64,000 bases of DNA from assembly GCA_963668675.2 (NCBI GenBank), contig CAXXMB010000002.1:704001-768000 (forward strand), in the 5' to 3' direction. Positions 18,009-26,158 of this stretch are shown here, piece after piece. The stretch is from an uncultured Desulfatitalea sp. (GTDB lineage Bacteria > Desulfobacterota > Desulfobacteria > Desulfobacterales > Desulfosarcinaceae). The notes under the pieces are model-generated. The model was not told where the DNA came from and ran no database searches. It was given only the letters and a program-made list of their open reading frames with translations. Both the position numbers and the translations under genes were made by a program. Each line of letters starts with the position of its first letter. Within the stretch, counting starts at the first letter, position 1.

Positions 18009-18487
18009 CTTCAAAAGCGCAGGCGCTTGCTGACCAATTCCGCGCCTATAATGACCAACTGATCGACTTTGTAGAAAGAGTGCCCGATACCAAATGGAAT
18101 AAAAAATGTCGAGGTGAAGAGTGGACCGTTGGTGTGGTGGCACGCCACATCGGCGCAGGCCACTACGGTAGTATCCAACTGGCCAAGATGATCATCTCCG
18201 GAGCCCCATTGCCTTCCTTCACCCGTGAACAGATCAACGAACTCGGCAACGCCCATGCCGCAAAACACGCCGATTGCAGTAAAGAGGAGGTCTTATCGAT
18301 TCTGGAGAAGAAGGGACGCGCCTTGGAGGCGTATGTGGCCGGGCTCAGCGACGCGGACCTGGCGTGCAGCGCCGATCTTGAGGCATTCGGCGGCAGTACC
18401 ACTGTCAAACAGCTACTGAAAGCCATCATCCTGCACTCTGCGGGCGAACACCTGGAGAGCATGCGCCAAACGCTGGCCGGAAGATAA
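18005..18487 (+). CDS. DinB-like family protein
   Basis: WTVGVVARHI and HSAGEH helical metal-binding pattern; RBS AAGGAG before ATG 18005. Confidence 0.75.
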   Translation: MTSKAQALADQFRAYNDQLIDFVERVPDTKWNKKCRGEEWTVGVVARHIGAGHYGSIQLAKMIISGAPLPSFTREQINELGNAHAAKHADCSKEEVLSILEKKGRALEAYVAGLSDADLACSADLEAFGGSTTVKQLLKAIILHSAGEHLESMRQTLAGR

Positions 18488-18530
18488 AATTAAAATTCGA
18501 CTTTCGGGTTTCGCAAAATCCACGTGCCGA

Positions 18531-18710
18531 GGCGAGTTCAGTGGGTGGTCGGTACCTCTTCAGCATCGCATTTTAGTACCGCTTGGCTGCAGTGGAGGAT
18601 CAGCGGCCCGGACTGTTTGAGCGCAAGCGAGTTTCCGGGACGCCCGTAACTTCAGTTTAGCGACACTTAAATGCGTTTGCGTCAGGTGCAGACCACCCAC
18701 TGGGCTCGCC
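18531..18710. repeat. Long hairpin repeat family B, copy 1
   Basis: Homologous to 50463-50643 with identical core GCAGTGGAGGATCAGCGGCCCGGACTGTTTGAGCGCAAGCGAGTTTCCGGG; 20-bp terminal stem; extra outer IR ACTTTCGGGT (18500) / ACCCGAAAGT (18720). Confidence 0.85.
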
Positions 18711-18744
18711 GGGTCATGCACCCGAAAGTAGAGTTAAAAAAGAA

Positions 18745-19008
18745 TCAAGCCGTTTGACGCCACGAGGAGAATTTGAGCTCATCGAAGACCAGGCGGTCTT
18801 CCGAGGGCTTCTCCACCACTTCCTGGATCCCAATGGTGTGCTCAATCAAACGCCGGCTATCTATTTGCATACACTCTTGGCAAAGACACACCTGAACGGT
18901 CATCTCGCCGACCTTATACCTGCAGACGTGCGTGGCGGGGTGGGAATTGCAGACGTAGCAGAGCATGCTCAGGTTCTCGGGCAGTGGTTTGGAAGATTCA
19001 GCAATCAT
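18745..19008 (-). CDS. Small Cys-rich putative zinc-binding protein (87 aa)
   Basis: CYVC...PATHVC...CLCQEC; RBS AAGGA; own sigma54 promoter. Confidence 0.7.
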   Translation of the reverse strand: MIAESSKPLPENLSMLCYVCNSHPATHVCRYKVGEMTVQVCLCQECMQIDSRRLIEHTIGIQEVVEKPSEDRLVFDELKFSSWRQTA

Positions 19009-19085
19009 ATTGTTATCCTTTATGCAGGCCGATTTTCTTATCTTTCAATGGTTAAGACGCTTCAGCCCCAACCGACGCCAAATAA

Positions 19086-19101
19086 AGCAATAGACGTGCC
19101 A
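19086..19101 (-). promoter_or_regulatory. sigma54 promoter
   Basis: TGGCAC-GTCTA-TTGCT consensus match, AT-rich IHF-like tract upstream. Confidence 0.85.
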
Positions 19102-19273
19102 CTGTCTGCAAAATCAAGTTATCAATCTGTTTTAATTGTTTTAATTGTGTTTTAGATAATCATATCGACCTCGCCCCGCAATGGGTGCTGAATCTTTTTT
19201 GATAGTTGGGCGTGCACGATGCTATCAAACTGATAGTCACAAAGCGAACCGCTACCCCGGGTGCTTGTCCAAA

Positions 19274-20584
19274 TTAGAGCCGCCAATAGGTAATGCCCAG
19301 TCGATCGGCCTCAGCATAATCGAAAAGGCTCTTCACATCGACCACAATCGGATTTCCGTTGGTGCACAGTGCGGCCAATCCAGCAAGCCCCATGGTTCGA
19401 TAGATCTTGTGCATGACCCCCAGGACCACAGCATCGACCCCGGCAAGCTCCTCTATGGAACTCAATTTCACCCGGCAGTGCTCTTGCGCCTCTTCGGAAT
19501 CGGCCAGTGGATCGTGCACGAGCACCTCCACGCCGTAATCTTCCAGCTCACCGACAATATCGACGATGCGTGTGTTCCGCAGATCGGGCACATCCTCCTT
19601 GAAGGTGATCCCCAATACCGCCACCTTGGCGCCCTTGACCGCCTTGCCGCTGTGGATCAGCATCTTCACCGTTCGTTCTGCGATGTATTTGCCCATGCCG
19701 TCGTTGATGCGCCGGCCGGCGAGGATCATTTCGGGGTGGTAACCGAGGGAATCCGCCTTGAAGGTGAGATAGTAGGGATCGACACCGATGCAGTGGCCGC
19801 CGACCAGTCCGGGACGAAACGGCAGAAAATTCCATTTGCTGCCGGCCGCCTCGAGCACCTCCACCGTATCGATACCGATGATATCGAAGATCATAGCCAA
19901 CTCGTTCATCAGGGCGATATTGAGATCGCGCTGGGTGTTCTCGATCACCTTGGCCGCTTCCGCAACCTTGATGCTGGACGCTTTATGGAGTCCGGCCTTT
20001 ACGACCTTGGCGTAGACACTCACCAGCATATCGGCGCTTGCATCGTCGGAGCCCGAAACGATCTTGACCACACTCTCCAGTGTATGCACCTTGTCGCCCG
20101 GGTTGATGCGCTCCGGTGAATAGCCCACGGTGAAATCACGCCCGAATTTGAGACCGGAGGCCTTTTCGAGGATCGGCACGCACACCTCTTCTGTGGCCCC
20201 TGGATATACGGTGGACTCAAATACCACGCAGGCGCCCTTTTGCAGGTAACGGCCGGCCGCTTCAGAGGCACCGCGCAGCGGACTCAAATCGGGGATATTG
20301 TACTCGTCAATGGGAGTGGGTACGGCAATGATGATCAACCGACATTGGGCCAGGTCATCGGCCTTGCTGGTATAGGTGAGAGAAGTTGCTGCAAGCCGCT
20401 CGTCCGCCACCTCAAGCGTACGGTCATGACCGTTGCGCAGCTCCTCTACGCGCGCCGCTTTCATATCGTAGCCGACCACATCGAAATGATCGGCCAGATG
20501 AACAGCCAGGGGCAGGCCTACATAGCCCAACCCGATCACTGCAATCTTGTCCTGTTTCGCCTGCAACGACTCAAACGTTACCAT
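19274..20584 (-). CDS. Nucleotide-sugar (UDP-GlcNAc/GalNAc) 6-dehydrogenase, WbpO/TviB-like
   Basis: GLGYVGLP, VPTP, ESTVYPG, SPERINPG, GGHCIGVDPYYL, FKEDVPDLRNT. Confidence 0.93.
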   Translation of the reverse strand: MVTFESLQAKQDKIAVIGLGYVGLPLAVHLADHFDVVGYDMKAARVEELRNGHDRTLEVADERLAATSLTYTSKADDLAQCRLIIIAVPTPIDEYNIPDLSPLRGASEAAGRYLQKGACVVFESTVYPGATEEVCVPILEKASGLKFGRDFTVGYSPERINPGDKVHTLESVVKIVSGSDDASADMLVSVYAKVVKAGLHKASSIKVAEAAKVIENTQRDLNIALMNELAMIFDIIGIDTVEVLEAAGSKWNFLPFRPGLVGGHCIGVDPYYLTFKADSLGYHPEMILAGRRINDGMGKYIAERTVKMLIHSGKAVKGAKVAVLGITFKEDVPDLRNTRIVDIVGELEDYGVEVLVHDPLADSEEAQEHCRVKLSSIEELAGVDAVVLGVMHKIYRTMGLAGLAALCTNGNPIVVDVKSLFDYAEADRLGITYWRL

Positions 20585-20679
20585 TCTTTCAATCCTTATA
20601 GTTGAATGCCACGGATCAATCCATTATGTTGTTATTATCCGCTTATAGCTTGAAATCACATCGCAAACAAGGGGAAGCC

Positions 20680-21243
20680 ATGTCGGGCGACAAATCAAAC
20701 GTTCATCGAATGGCGCAGACCAGTTGGTGTGTCATCACCGGCGCCCCCTGTTCGGGTAAAACGGCTGTCATCGAACAACTGGCGGCCCGGGGTTTCAGCG
20801 TTAAACCGGAGGCGGCGCGCGCTTATATCGACCAGCGTTTGGCACGGGGCGAAACCCTGGCCGAAATCAAAGCCGACAACCTCTCCTTTGAGCGTCACAT
20901 CCTGATGACAAAAGTAGAGATCGAACAGCAGTTGCCCTGTGACGAACTTATTTTCATGGATCGGGCCGTTCCCGACAGCATCGCCTACTACCGCATCGAA
21001 GGGTTGGACGCAGAAGAACCGCTTCATTTCAGCAGACAGTTCAGATATCGATCGATCTTTCTTCTGGATCGGATAGCATTCCAGGAGGACCGGGTGAGAT
21101 CGGAGTCCGATGAGACGGCCGAACAGATCGAGTACCTGCTGGTGGAGTCTTATAAAGCCTTGGGGTATTCCATTGTGCGGGTGCCGCTGATGGAAATTTC
21201 ACAACGGGCTGACCATATCCTGAGGCATGCCGCCAAGGGCTGA
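20680..21243 (+). CDS. AAA_28/NadR-type P-loop ATPase
   Basis: ITGAPCSGKT, PEAAR, FMDRAVPD; start uncertain. Confidence 0.8.
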   Translation: MSGDKSNVHRMAQTSWCVITGAPCSGKTAVIEQLAARGFSVKPEAARAYIDQRLARGETLAEIKADNLSFERHILMTKVEIEQQLPCDELIFMDRAVPDSIAYYRIEGLDAEEPLHFSRQFRYRSIFLLDRIAFQEDRVRSESDETAEQIEYLLVESYKALGYSIVRVPLMEISQRADHILRHAAKG

Positions 21244-21255
21244 CCTCACGCGCGT

Positions 21256-21975
21256 TTATGCCCCACCCTTCTCGATCACCTGTGCGGTGAGCCGCTTCAT
21301 TTCGCTATGGGTCAGGTGGCGCCAGGCTCCCTCCGGCAAATCCCCCAGATGGATATGGGCCATCCGAATCCGTTTGAGCCGCTTCACCTTGTAGCCCAGC
21401 TCCTTGACCATGCGCCGGATCTGGCGATTACGCCCTTCCAGCAGCACGATGCGGAATCGCCGCCCGGCAAGCCGGCGCACCCTGGCCGGCCGGGTCATAC
21501 CCCCGATGATGCGCACGCCTTCGGCAAGCCGGCGCAAAGTGCCATCATCGATGGGGCGGTCTACGGTCACATCGTACTCCTTCTCATGGTCGAACGAAGG
21601 GTGGGAGAGACGATGATGCAGGCGGCCGTCGTTGGTCAACAGCAGCAGACCGGTGGAGTCTTTGTCGAGGCGCCCCACCGGATAGATGCGCTCTTTTAAA
21701 TCGATCAAATCGATCACCAGTTTCTGGCCGGGGTGGTCGCAACTGGTCACATACCCTCTGGGCTTGTGCAGGGCCACATAGATCTTTTCAGAAACCGTGC
21801 CCACCGGGCGGCCATCGACCTGAACCCGGTCTTTTTCGGGGTCAACTTTGGTCCCCAGAGTGGTCACCACTTCGCCATTCACCCGCACCCGGCCGGCACG
21901 TATCAAGTTCTCTCCATGCCGCCGGGAGCATACACCCGACTCGGAGAGCCATTTTTGCAGTCTTACGAGTGCCAT
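21256..21975 (-). CDS. rRNA pseudouridine synthase (RsuA/RluB family)
   Basis: S4 domain RLQKWLSESGVCSRR, HKPRG, GRLDKDSTGLLLLTNDG, EGRNRQIRRM. Confidence 0.93.
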   Translation of the reverse strand: MALVRLQKWLSESGVCSRRHGENLIRAGRVRVNGEVVTTLGTKVDPEKDRVQVDGRPVGTVSEKIYVALHKPRGYVTSCDHPGQKLVIDLIDLKERIYPVGRLDKDSTGLLLLTNDGRLHHRLSHPSFDHEKEYDVTVDRPIDDGTLRRLAEGVRIIGGMTRPARVRRLAGRRFRIVLLEGRNRQIRRMVKELGYKVKRLKRIRMAHIHLGDLPEGAWRHLTHSEMKRLTAQVIEKGGA

Positions 21976-21998
21976 TGCATAGCGCCAATTTTTAATTA

Positions 21999-23186
21999 CT
22001 ATGATCGATAGTCGGCATTGATCTTGATGTAATCGATTGAATAGTCGCAGGTGAGGATAGAGGCCTGCCCCTGCCCCAAATTGAGATCGATGGTGGTGGT
22101 GAACTCTGCCTGTTTCATGACGGCAGTTGCCAAGGCTTCCCTCTCCTGCCCGCACCCCTGGCCTTCCGCGACCATCTGTACGGTATCGAAATAGATATCG
22201 ACACGGTCCGGATCGACCTGCGCACCGGCCCTTCCCAGTGCGCCCATAATGCGGCCCCAATTGGCGTCTTCACCGAAAAAGGCCGTCTTGACCAGGGGTG
22301 AGTGGGCCACCGTGTCGGCGATCCGAAAGGCATCGGCGTCCGAGGCGGCTCCGGTCACTTTGATATCGACCACCTTGGTGACGCCCTCGCCATCTTTTAC
22401 CAATCTGCGGGCAATCTCCAGAAGCATCTCATCCAGTAACTGCTGAAAAACCTTGCACTGATCGTCCGTACGGATTTGAACACCGGACATTCCGTTGGCC
22501 AGCAGCAACACCGTATCATTTGTACTGGTATCTCCGTCTATGGTGATGCGGTTCAAGGAGCGCTCCACCGCCGGGGTAAGCATTCGCTTTAACATATCCG
22601 CCGGCACATCCGCGTCGGTGCAGACAAAGCAGAGCATCGTGGCCATATCGGGCCGGATCATGCCGGCCCCTTTGGCCATGGCCACCAGGGAGAAGGTACG
22701 CCCGTCGATCTCGCCCCGGCGCACGATCAGTTTGGAAACGGTATCGGTGGTCATAATGGCGCGGGCCGCATCTTCGAATCCCTCGGGCCGCAAGGCAGCC
22801 GCCAACCGCGGCAAGGCGGCCTGAATCTTTTCCGTGGGCAACGGTGCGCCGATCACACCGGTGGAGGCGACGAGCACTTGTTCCTCATCCAGATGGAGAA
22901 GCGACGCCACGCCATCCGTCACAGCGCGCGCATCGGCCATCCCCTGGGAGCCGGTGCAGCAATTGGCATTGCCTGCATTGGCCACGATGGCCTGGGCCAG
23001 CCCACTCTCCACACGCGCTTTGGAAATCCTCACCGGTGCAGCCGCAACACGATTGCGCGTAAACATCCCGGCCACATGGGCCGGCACCTTGGAGTAGATC
23101 AAGGCCAGGTCCAGGGCATTGCTCTTTTTGATCCCGGCGGCGAGACCGGCCGCTGAAAACCCTTCGCACAGGAACCTTTCGCCCAT
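21999..23186 (-). CDS. argJ: Glutamate N-acetyltransferase / ornithine acetyltransferase
   Basis: GNANCCTG, IMTTD, KGAGMIRPDMATML, DGDTSTND, DGEG, NWGRI, INADYRS. Confidence 0.97.
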   Translation of the reverse strand: MGERFLCEGFSAAGLAAGIKKSNALDLALIYSKVPAHVAGMFTRNRVAAAPVRISKARVESGLAQAIVANAGNANCCTGSQGMADARAVTDGVASLLHLDEEQVLVASTGVIGAPLPTEKIQAALPRLAAALRPEGFEDAARAIMTTDTVSKLIVRRGEIDGRTFSLVAMAKGAGMIRPDMATMLCFVCTDADVPADMLKRMLTPAVERSLNRITIDGDTSTNDTVLLLANGMSGVQIRTDDQCKVFQQLLDEMLLEIARRLVKDGEGVTKVVDIKVTGAASDADAFRIADTVAHSPLVKTAFFGEDANWGRIMGALGRAGAQVDPDRVDIYFDTVQMVAEGQGCGQEREALATAVMKQAEFTTTIDLNLGQGQASILTCDYSIDYIKINADYRS

Positions 23187-23394
23187 AAATACCTCCTGAT
23201 TTCAATATCGATGGAGCCCTCTCTCCGTCGCAGCATTCGCCGGATGGATCACCGGCCCCTGGAAATCCGGCTATAAAAACTGAAAGGGTCTTCATGGGCC
23301 AAATAGCGCCAAATGTCAAATATGGTTTTGGGTTGCCAAAGCCTCGGGAGTTCAATAGATAGACAGGTTAATACTGATGAGAGGTGAATCGGAC

Positions 23395-23583
23395 ATGAAA
23401 CCGGATACCCATACATTTCAATGCCCCCATTGCCACACCCCCATGGCGTTCTATCGGACCTGACGCAAAGTGCAATGGCGCTGCGGGGACTGCAGCCGAA
23501 GTTATGAACTGTCCGATCTGCTCGACCAGCTGGACGAGGGCATGGAAGCGGCATTGGGCAACCTGTGGTGCGACCGCTTTTAG
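23395..23583 (+). CDS. Dual CXXC small selenoprotein (62 aa; UGA at 23461-23463 read as Sec)
   Basis: MKPDTHTFQCPHCHTPMAFYRT-U-RKVQWRCGDCSRSYELSDLLDQLDEGMEAALGNLWCDRF; RBS GAGGTG; hairpin 3' of UGA; selA in window. Confidence 0.8.
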
Positions 23584-23677
23584 CCGACCGGATTGAAGTC
23601 AATCCGGCACCAGTACCAGCGTTCGAGCCAATATTGAGCCCAGGGCTAAGCCCAAAACAGAAATTGACCCGTCACCC

Positions 23678-24601
23678 ATGATCATCCAACACCTTTTCCC
23701 CGTATTCGCTCTGATTGCACTGGGGGCCGCCCTCAAGCGATTCGGGTTGACCAACGACGCGTTCTTGTCCATTACCGATCGGCTCATCTATTTCATCTTT
23801 TTCCCCATCCTGCTCTTCTGGAAAATCGGGGCCGCCACACAAACCTTCACCCCAGAGGCTGCTCGCCTCTATCTCTCCGCCATCGGTACCGTCATCTGCA
23901 TCTATATCCTGAGCACACTCTATATCTGGCTCTCTAAAGTTCAGGCCTTCCAGGCAGGCACCTTTTCCCAGAGCTGTTACCGCTTCAACAGCTATGTCGG
24001 CATGGCGGTGATCCTCAGTGTATTGGGAGAGTCCGGCGTGGCGCGTTTCGGCGTTCTCATCGGCCTGGTGATCCCGTTGATCAATGTGTTGTCGGTCACC
24101 ACCCTGATCTGGTTTTCGGCAACCCCCGGCAATCTGGGCCAGCGCTTGCGGACGACGATCATCTCCATCCTGACCAATCCCCTCGTCATCGGCTGTGCAG
24201 CTGGACTGATCTATGCCGCCTGGATCAATCGGTTTCCGATTTTCATCGAAAACACCCTGCGCCTGGGGGCTTCGGTCACCCTTCCCCTGGCCCTGCTCTC
24301 CATCGGCGGCAACCTGACCCCCCAGACCCTGAGACGCCATCTGGGCCTAGCCACCGCAGGAGCCGTATTCAAGCTGGTTCTCCTGCCCGTGGTCGGATAC
24401 CTCTTCATGCGCCTCGCAGGCGTTACCGACAACTACCTGGCCGTAGGCATGCTCTTCTTTGCCCTGCCCACGTCAACGTCCATCTATGTGCTCTCGGCCC
24501 AGTTGAAAAGCGACACCGAGTTTGCATCGGCCGCCATAGTCCTTTCAACGGGACTTTCATTTATCACCTTGTCGGTTGTTTTGTGGCTGCTGAATGGGTA
24601 A
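23678..24601 (+). CDS. AEC (auxin efflux carrier) family transporter
   Basis: Multiple TM helices; FFPILLF, RFNSYVG, NPLVIG, LALLSIG, LPTS motifs. Confidence 0.88.
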   Translation: MIIQHLFPVFALIALGAALKRFGLTNDAFLSITDRLIYFIFFPILLFWKIGAATQTFTPEAARLYLSAIGTVICIYILSTLYIWLSKVQAFQAGTFSQSCYRFNSYVGMAVILSVLGESGVARFGVLIGLVIPLINVLSVTTLIWFSATPGNLGQRLRTTIISILTNPLVIGCAAGLIYAAWINRFPIFIENTLRLGASVTLPLALLSIGGNLTPQTLRRHLGLATAGAVFKLVLLPVVGYLFMRLAGVTDNYLAVGMLFFALPTSTSIYVLSAQLKSDTEFASAAIVLSTGLSFITLSVVLWLLNG

Positions 24602-24610
24602 GCAAAAAAT

Positions 24611-25354
24611 ATGGCGAAAAAAAACTTCAAGCTGGTGATCGAGTACGACGGCAGTGCCTATTGCGGCTGGCAAATCCAACCGAACGGGCCGACCATCCAG
24701 GATCAAATCGAAAGCGCCCTGCGGCGTATGACCTGCAGCAAAGTGAATCTTATCGGTTCAGGGCGCACCGATGCGGGCGTGCATGCCTTGGGCCAGAGCG
24801 CCAACTTTTCCTGTGACACCAACATCGACGCCCAGGCCTTTCAAAACGGTCTGAACAGTCTCCTGCCTGATGACATCGTCATACGGTCGTGTAGCCGAGT
24901 CGATGAAAACTTCCATGCCCGATTCGACGCCAAAGCGAAAATCTATCGCTACCACATTCTCAACAGTCCCCTGCCAGCCGCCATCGGGCGTCAATATCAG
25001 TGGTGGATTCGCAGCCCGCTCGATGCATATGCCATGGCAGAGGCTGCAAGCCACCTGGTAGGTAAAAAAGATTTCAAAGCTTTCGAGGCCTCCGGCAGTC
25101 CAAGGGCACATACCATTCGGCAGGTGATGCGGGCCGATATCCGCCGGGAAAACCAAATCAACGTCGTTTTTGAGATCCAGGCCGAAGGTTTTCTAAGGTA
25201 TATGGTCAGAAATATCACCGGGACACTTGTGGAGGTTGGCAAAGGGAACATGGACCCCGAAGATATGCTCTCAATCCTGGCCTCCCAGGATCGCGCTCGT
25301 GCTGGCATGACCGCTCCGGCACAAGGGTTGTGCCTGGTCGAAGTTCTCTATTAG
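24611..25354 (+). CDS. truA: tRNA pseudouridine(38-40) synthase
   Basis: YDGSAYCGWQ, GRTDAGVHA, FHARF, FLRYMVR, TAPAQGL. Confidence 0.97.
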   Translation: MAKKNFKLVIEYDGSAYCGWQIQPNGPTIQDQIESALRRMTCSKVNLIGSGRTDAGVHALGQSANFSCDTNIDAQAFQNGLNSLLPDDIVIRSCSRVDENFHARFDAKAKIYRYHILNSPLPAAIGRQYQWWIRSPLDAYAMAEAASHLVGKKDFKAFEASGSPRAHTIRQVMRADIRRENQINVVFEIQAEGFLRYMVRNITGTLVEVGKGNMDPEDMLSILASQDRARAGMTAPAQGLCLVEVLY

Positions 25355-25523
25355 ACGCCCCAGAGGACTGAAACCATTTACAAAGGTGCAAATTCCGTAT
25401 CTTTTTATCGACACATGCTGTCGGTCAGAGGTATCGATTCAACACCTGAATCATCTGTTCAATACACCGGCTCTCCAAAGGCCCACAGCCGGCGAAGGGG
25501 TTACGGAACGGTTGCATCGAAAA

Positions 25524-25539
25524 TGGCACTCAATTTGCG
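25524..25539 (+). promoter_or_regulatory. sigma54 promoter upstream of the cNMP-binding protein gene
   Basis: TGGCAC-TCAAT-TTGCG. Confidence 0.65.
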
Positions 25540-25666
25540 TGAACCTCGTACCAGGATTATCAGAGAATCCATTAAAGCTTCCGGATGAGTTGAACTCATG
25601 CTAAGGCAAAAAGAGGCCGATAATAATAAGTGGTACCATCACCTACCTTTCAAAAGAGGATGAAGC

Positions 25667-26158
25667 ATGCAGGAAACCACATTTTTGGACAACAACGAGA
25701 CCATGATGGAGAACCTGAAGAATATTCCGGTTCTGGAGCATTTCGATGACAACGAACTCAACAAGCTTCTGGAGATGAGCAAGATTCGAAAGTATAAGGC
25801 CGGCGAATGCATCGTTCAGGAGGGCCGTTCGGATACATGGCTCTATTTTTTGATGTACGGAAAAATCCAGATCAGCAAACAGGGCAAAGAGCTGGCCGCC
25901 CTCACCCGCAAAGGGGAGGTCTTTGGCGAGATGGGTGCTCTGGACAGCTCCCGACGTTCGGCTTCCGCCCACGCCGTGACCGACACGGTCTGCCTGGCGA
26001 CCGATATCTTCTACCTAGAGAAACTGAGCGGAAATGAAAAACTGGCTTTCGGCTATGTCTTCTACCGTCTGATGTCGGAGATCCTCTCCCGCCGCCTGAG
26101 ACAAACCACCGAAGAGCTGATCAAGGCCAAGGGACGCATCAATCTGAAGTTTTGGTAG
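25667..26158 (+). CDS. Stand-alone cyclic nucleotide-binding domain protein
   Basis: GECIVQEG, GEVFGEMG, RRSASA; no HTH. Confidence 0.88.
   Translation: MQETTFLDNNETMMENLKNIPVLEHFDDNELNKLLEMSKIRKYKAGECIVQEGRSDTWLYFLMYGKIQISKQGKELAALTRKGEVFGEMGALDSSRRSASAHAVTDTVCLATDIFYLEKLSGNEKLAFGYVFYRLMSEILSRRLRQTTEELIKAKGRINLKFW

Noticed and set aside
21976..22260. N-terminal extension of the pseudouridine synthase ORF
   Set aside because: Overlaps argJ; the family sequence starts at MALVRLQKW (21975)
23395..23583. Reading the TGA-containing ORF as a pseudogene
   Set aside because: Intact motifs on both sides, a SECIS-like hairpin and selA favour Sec recoding
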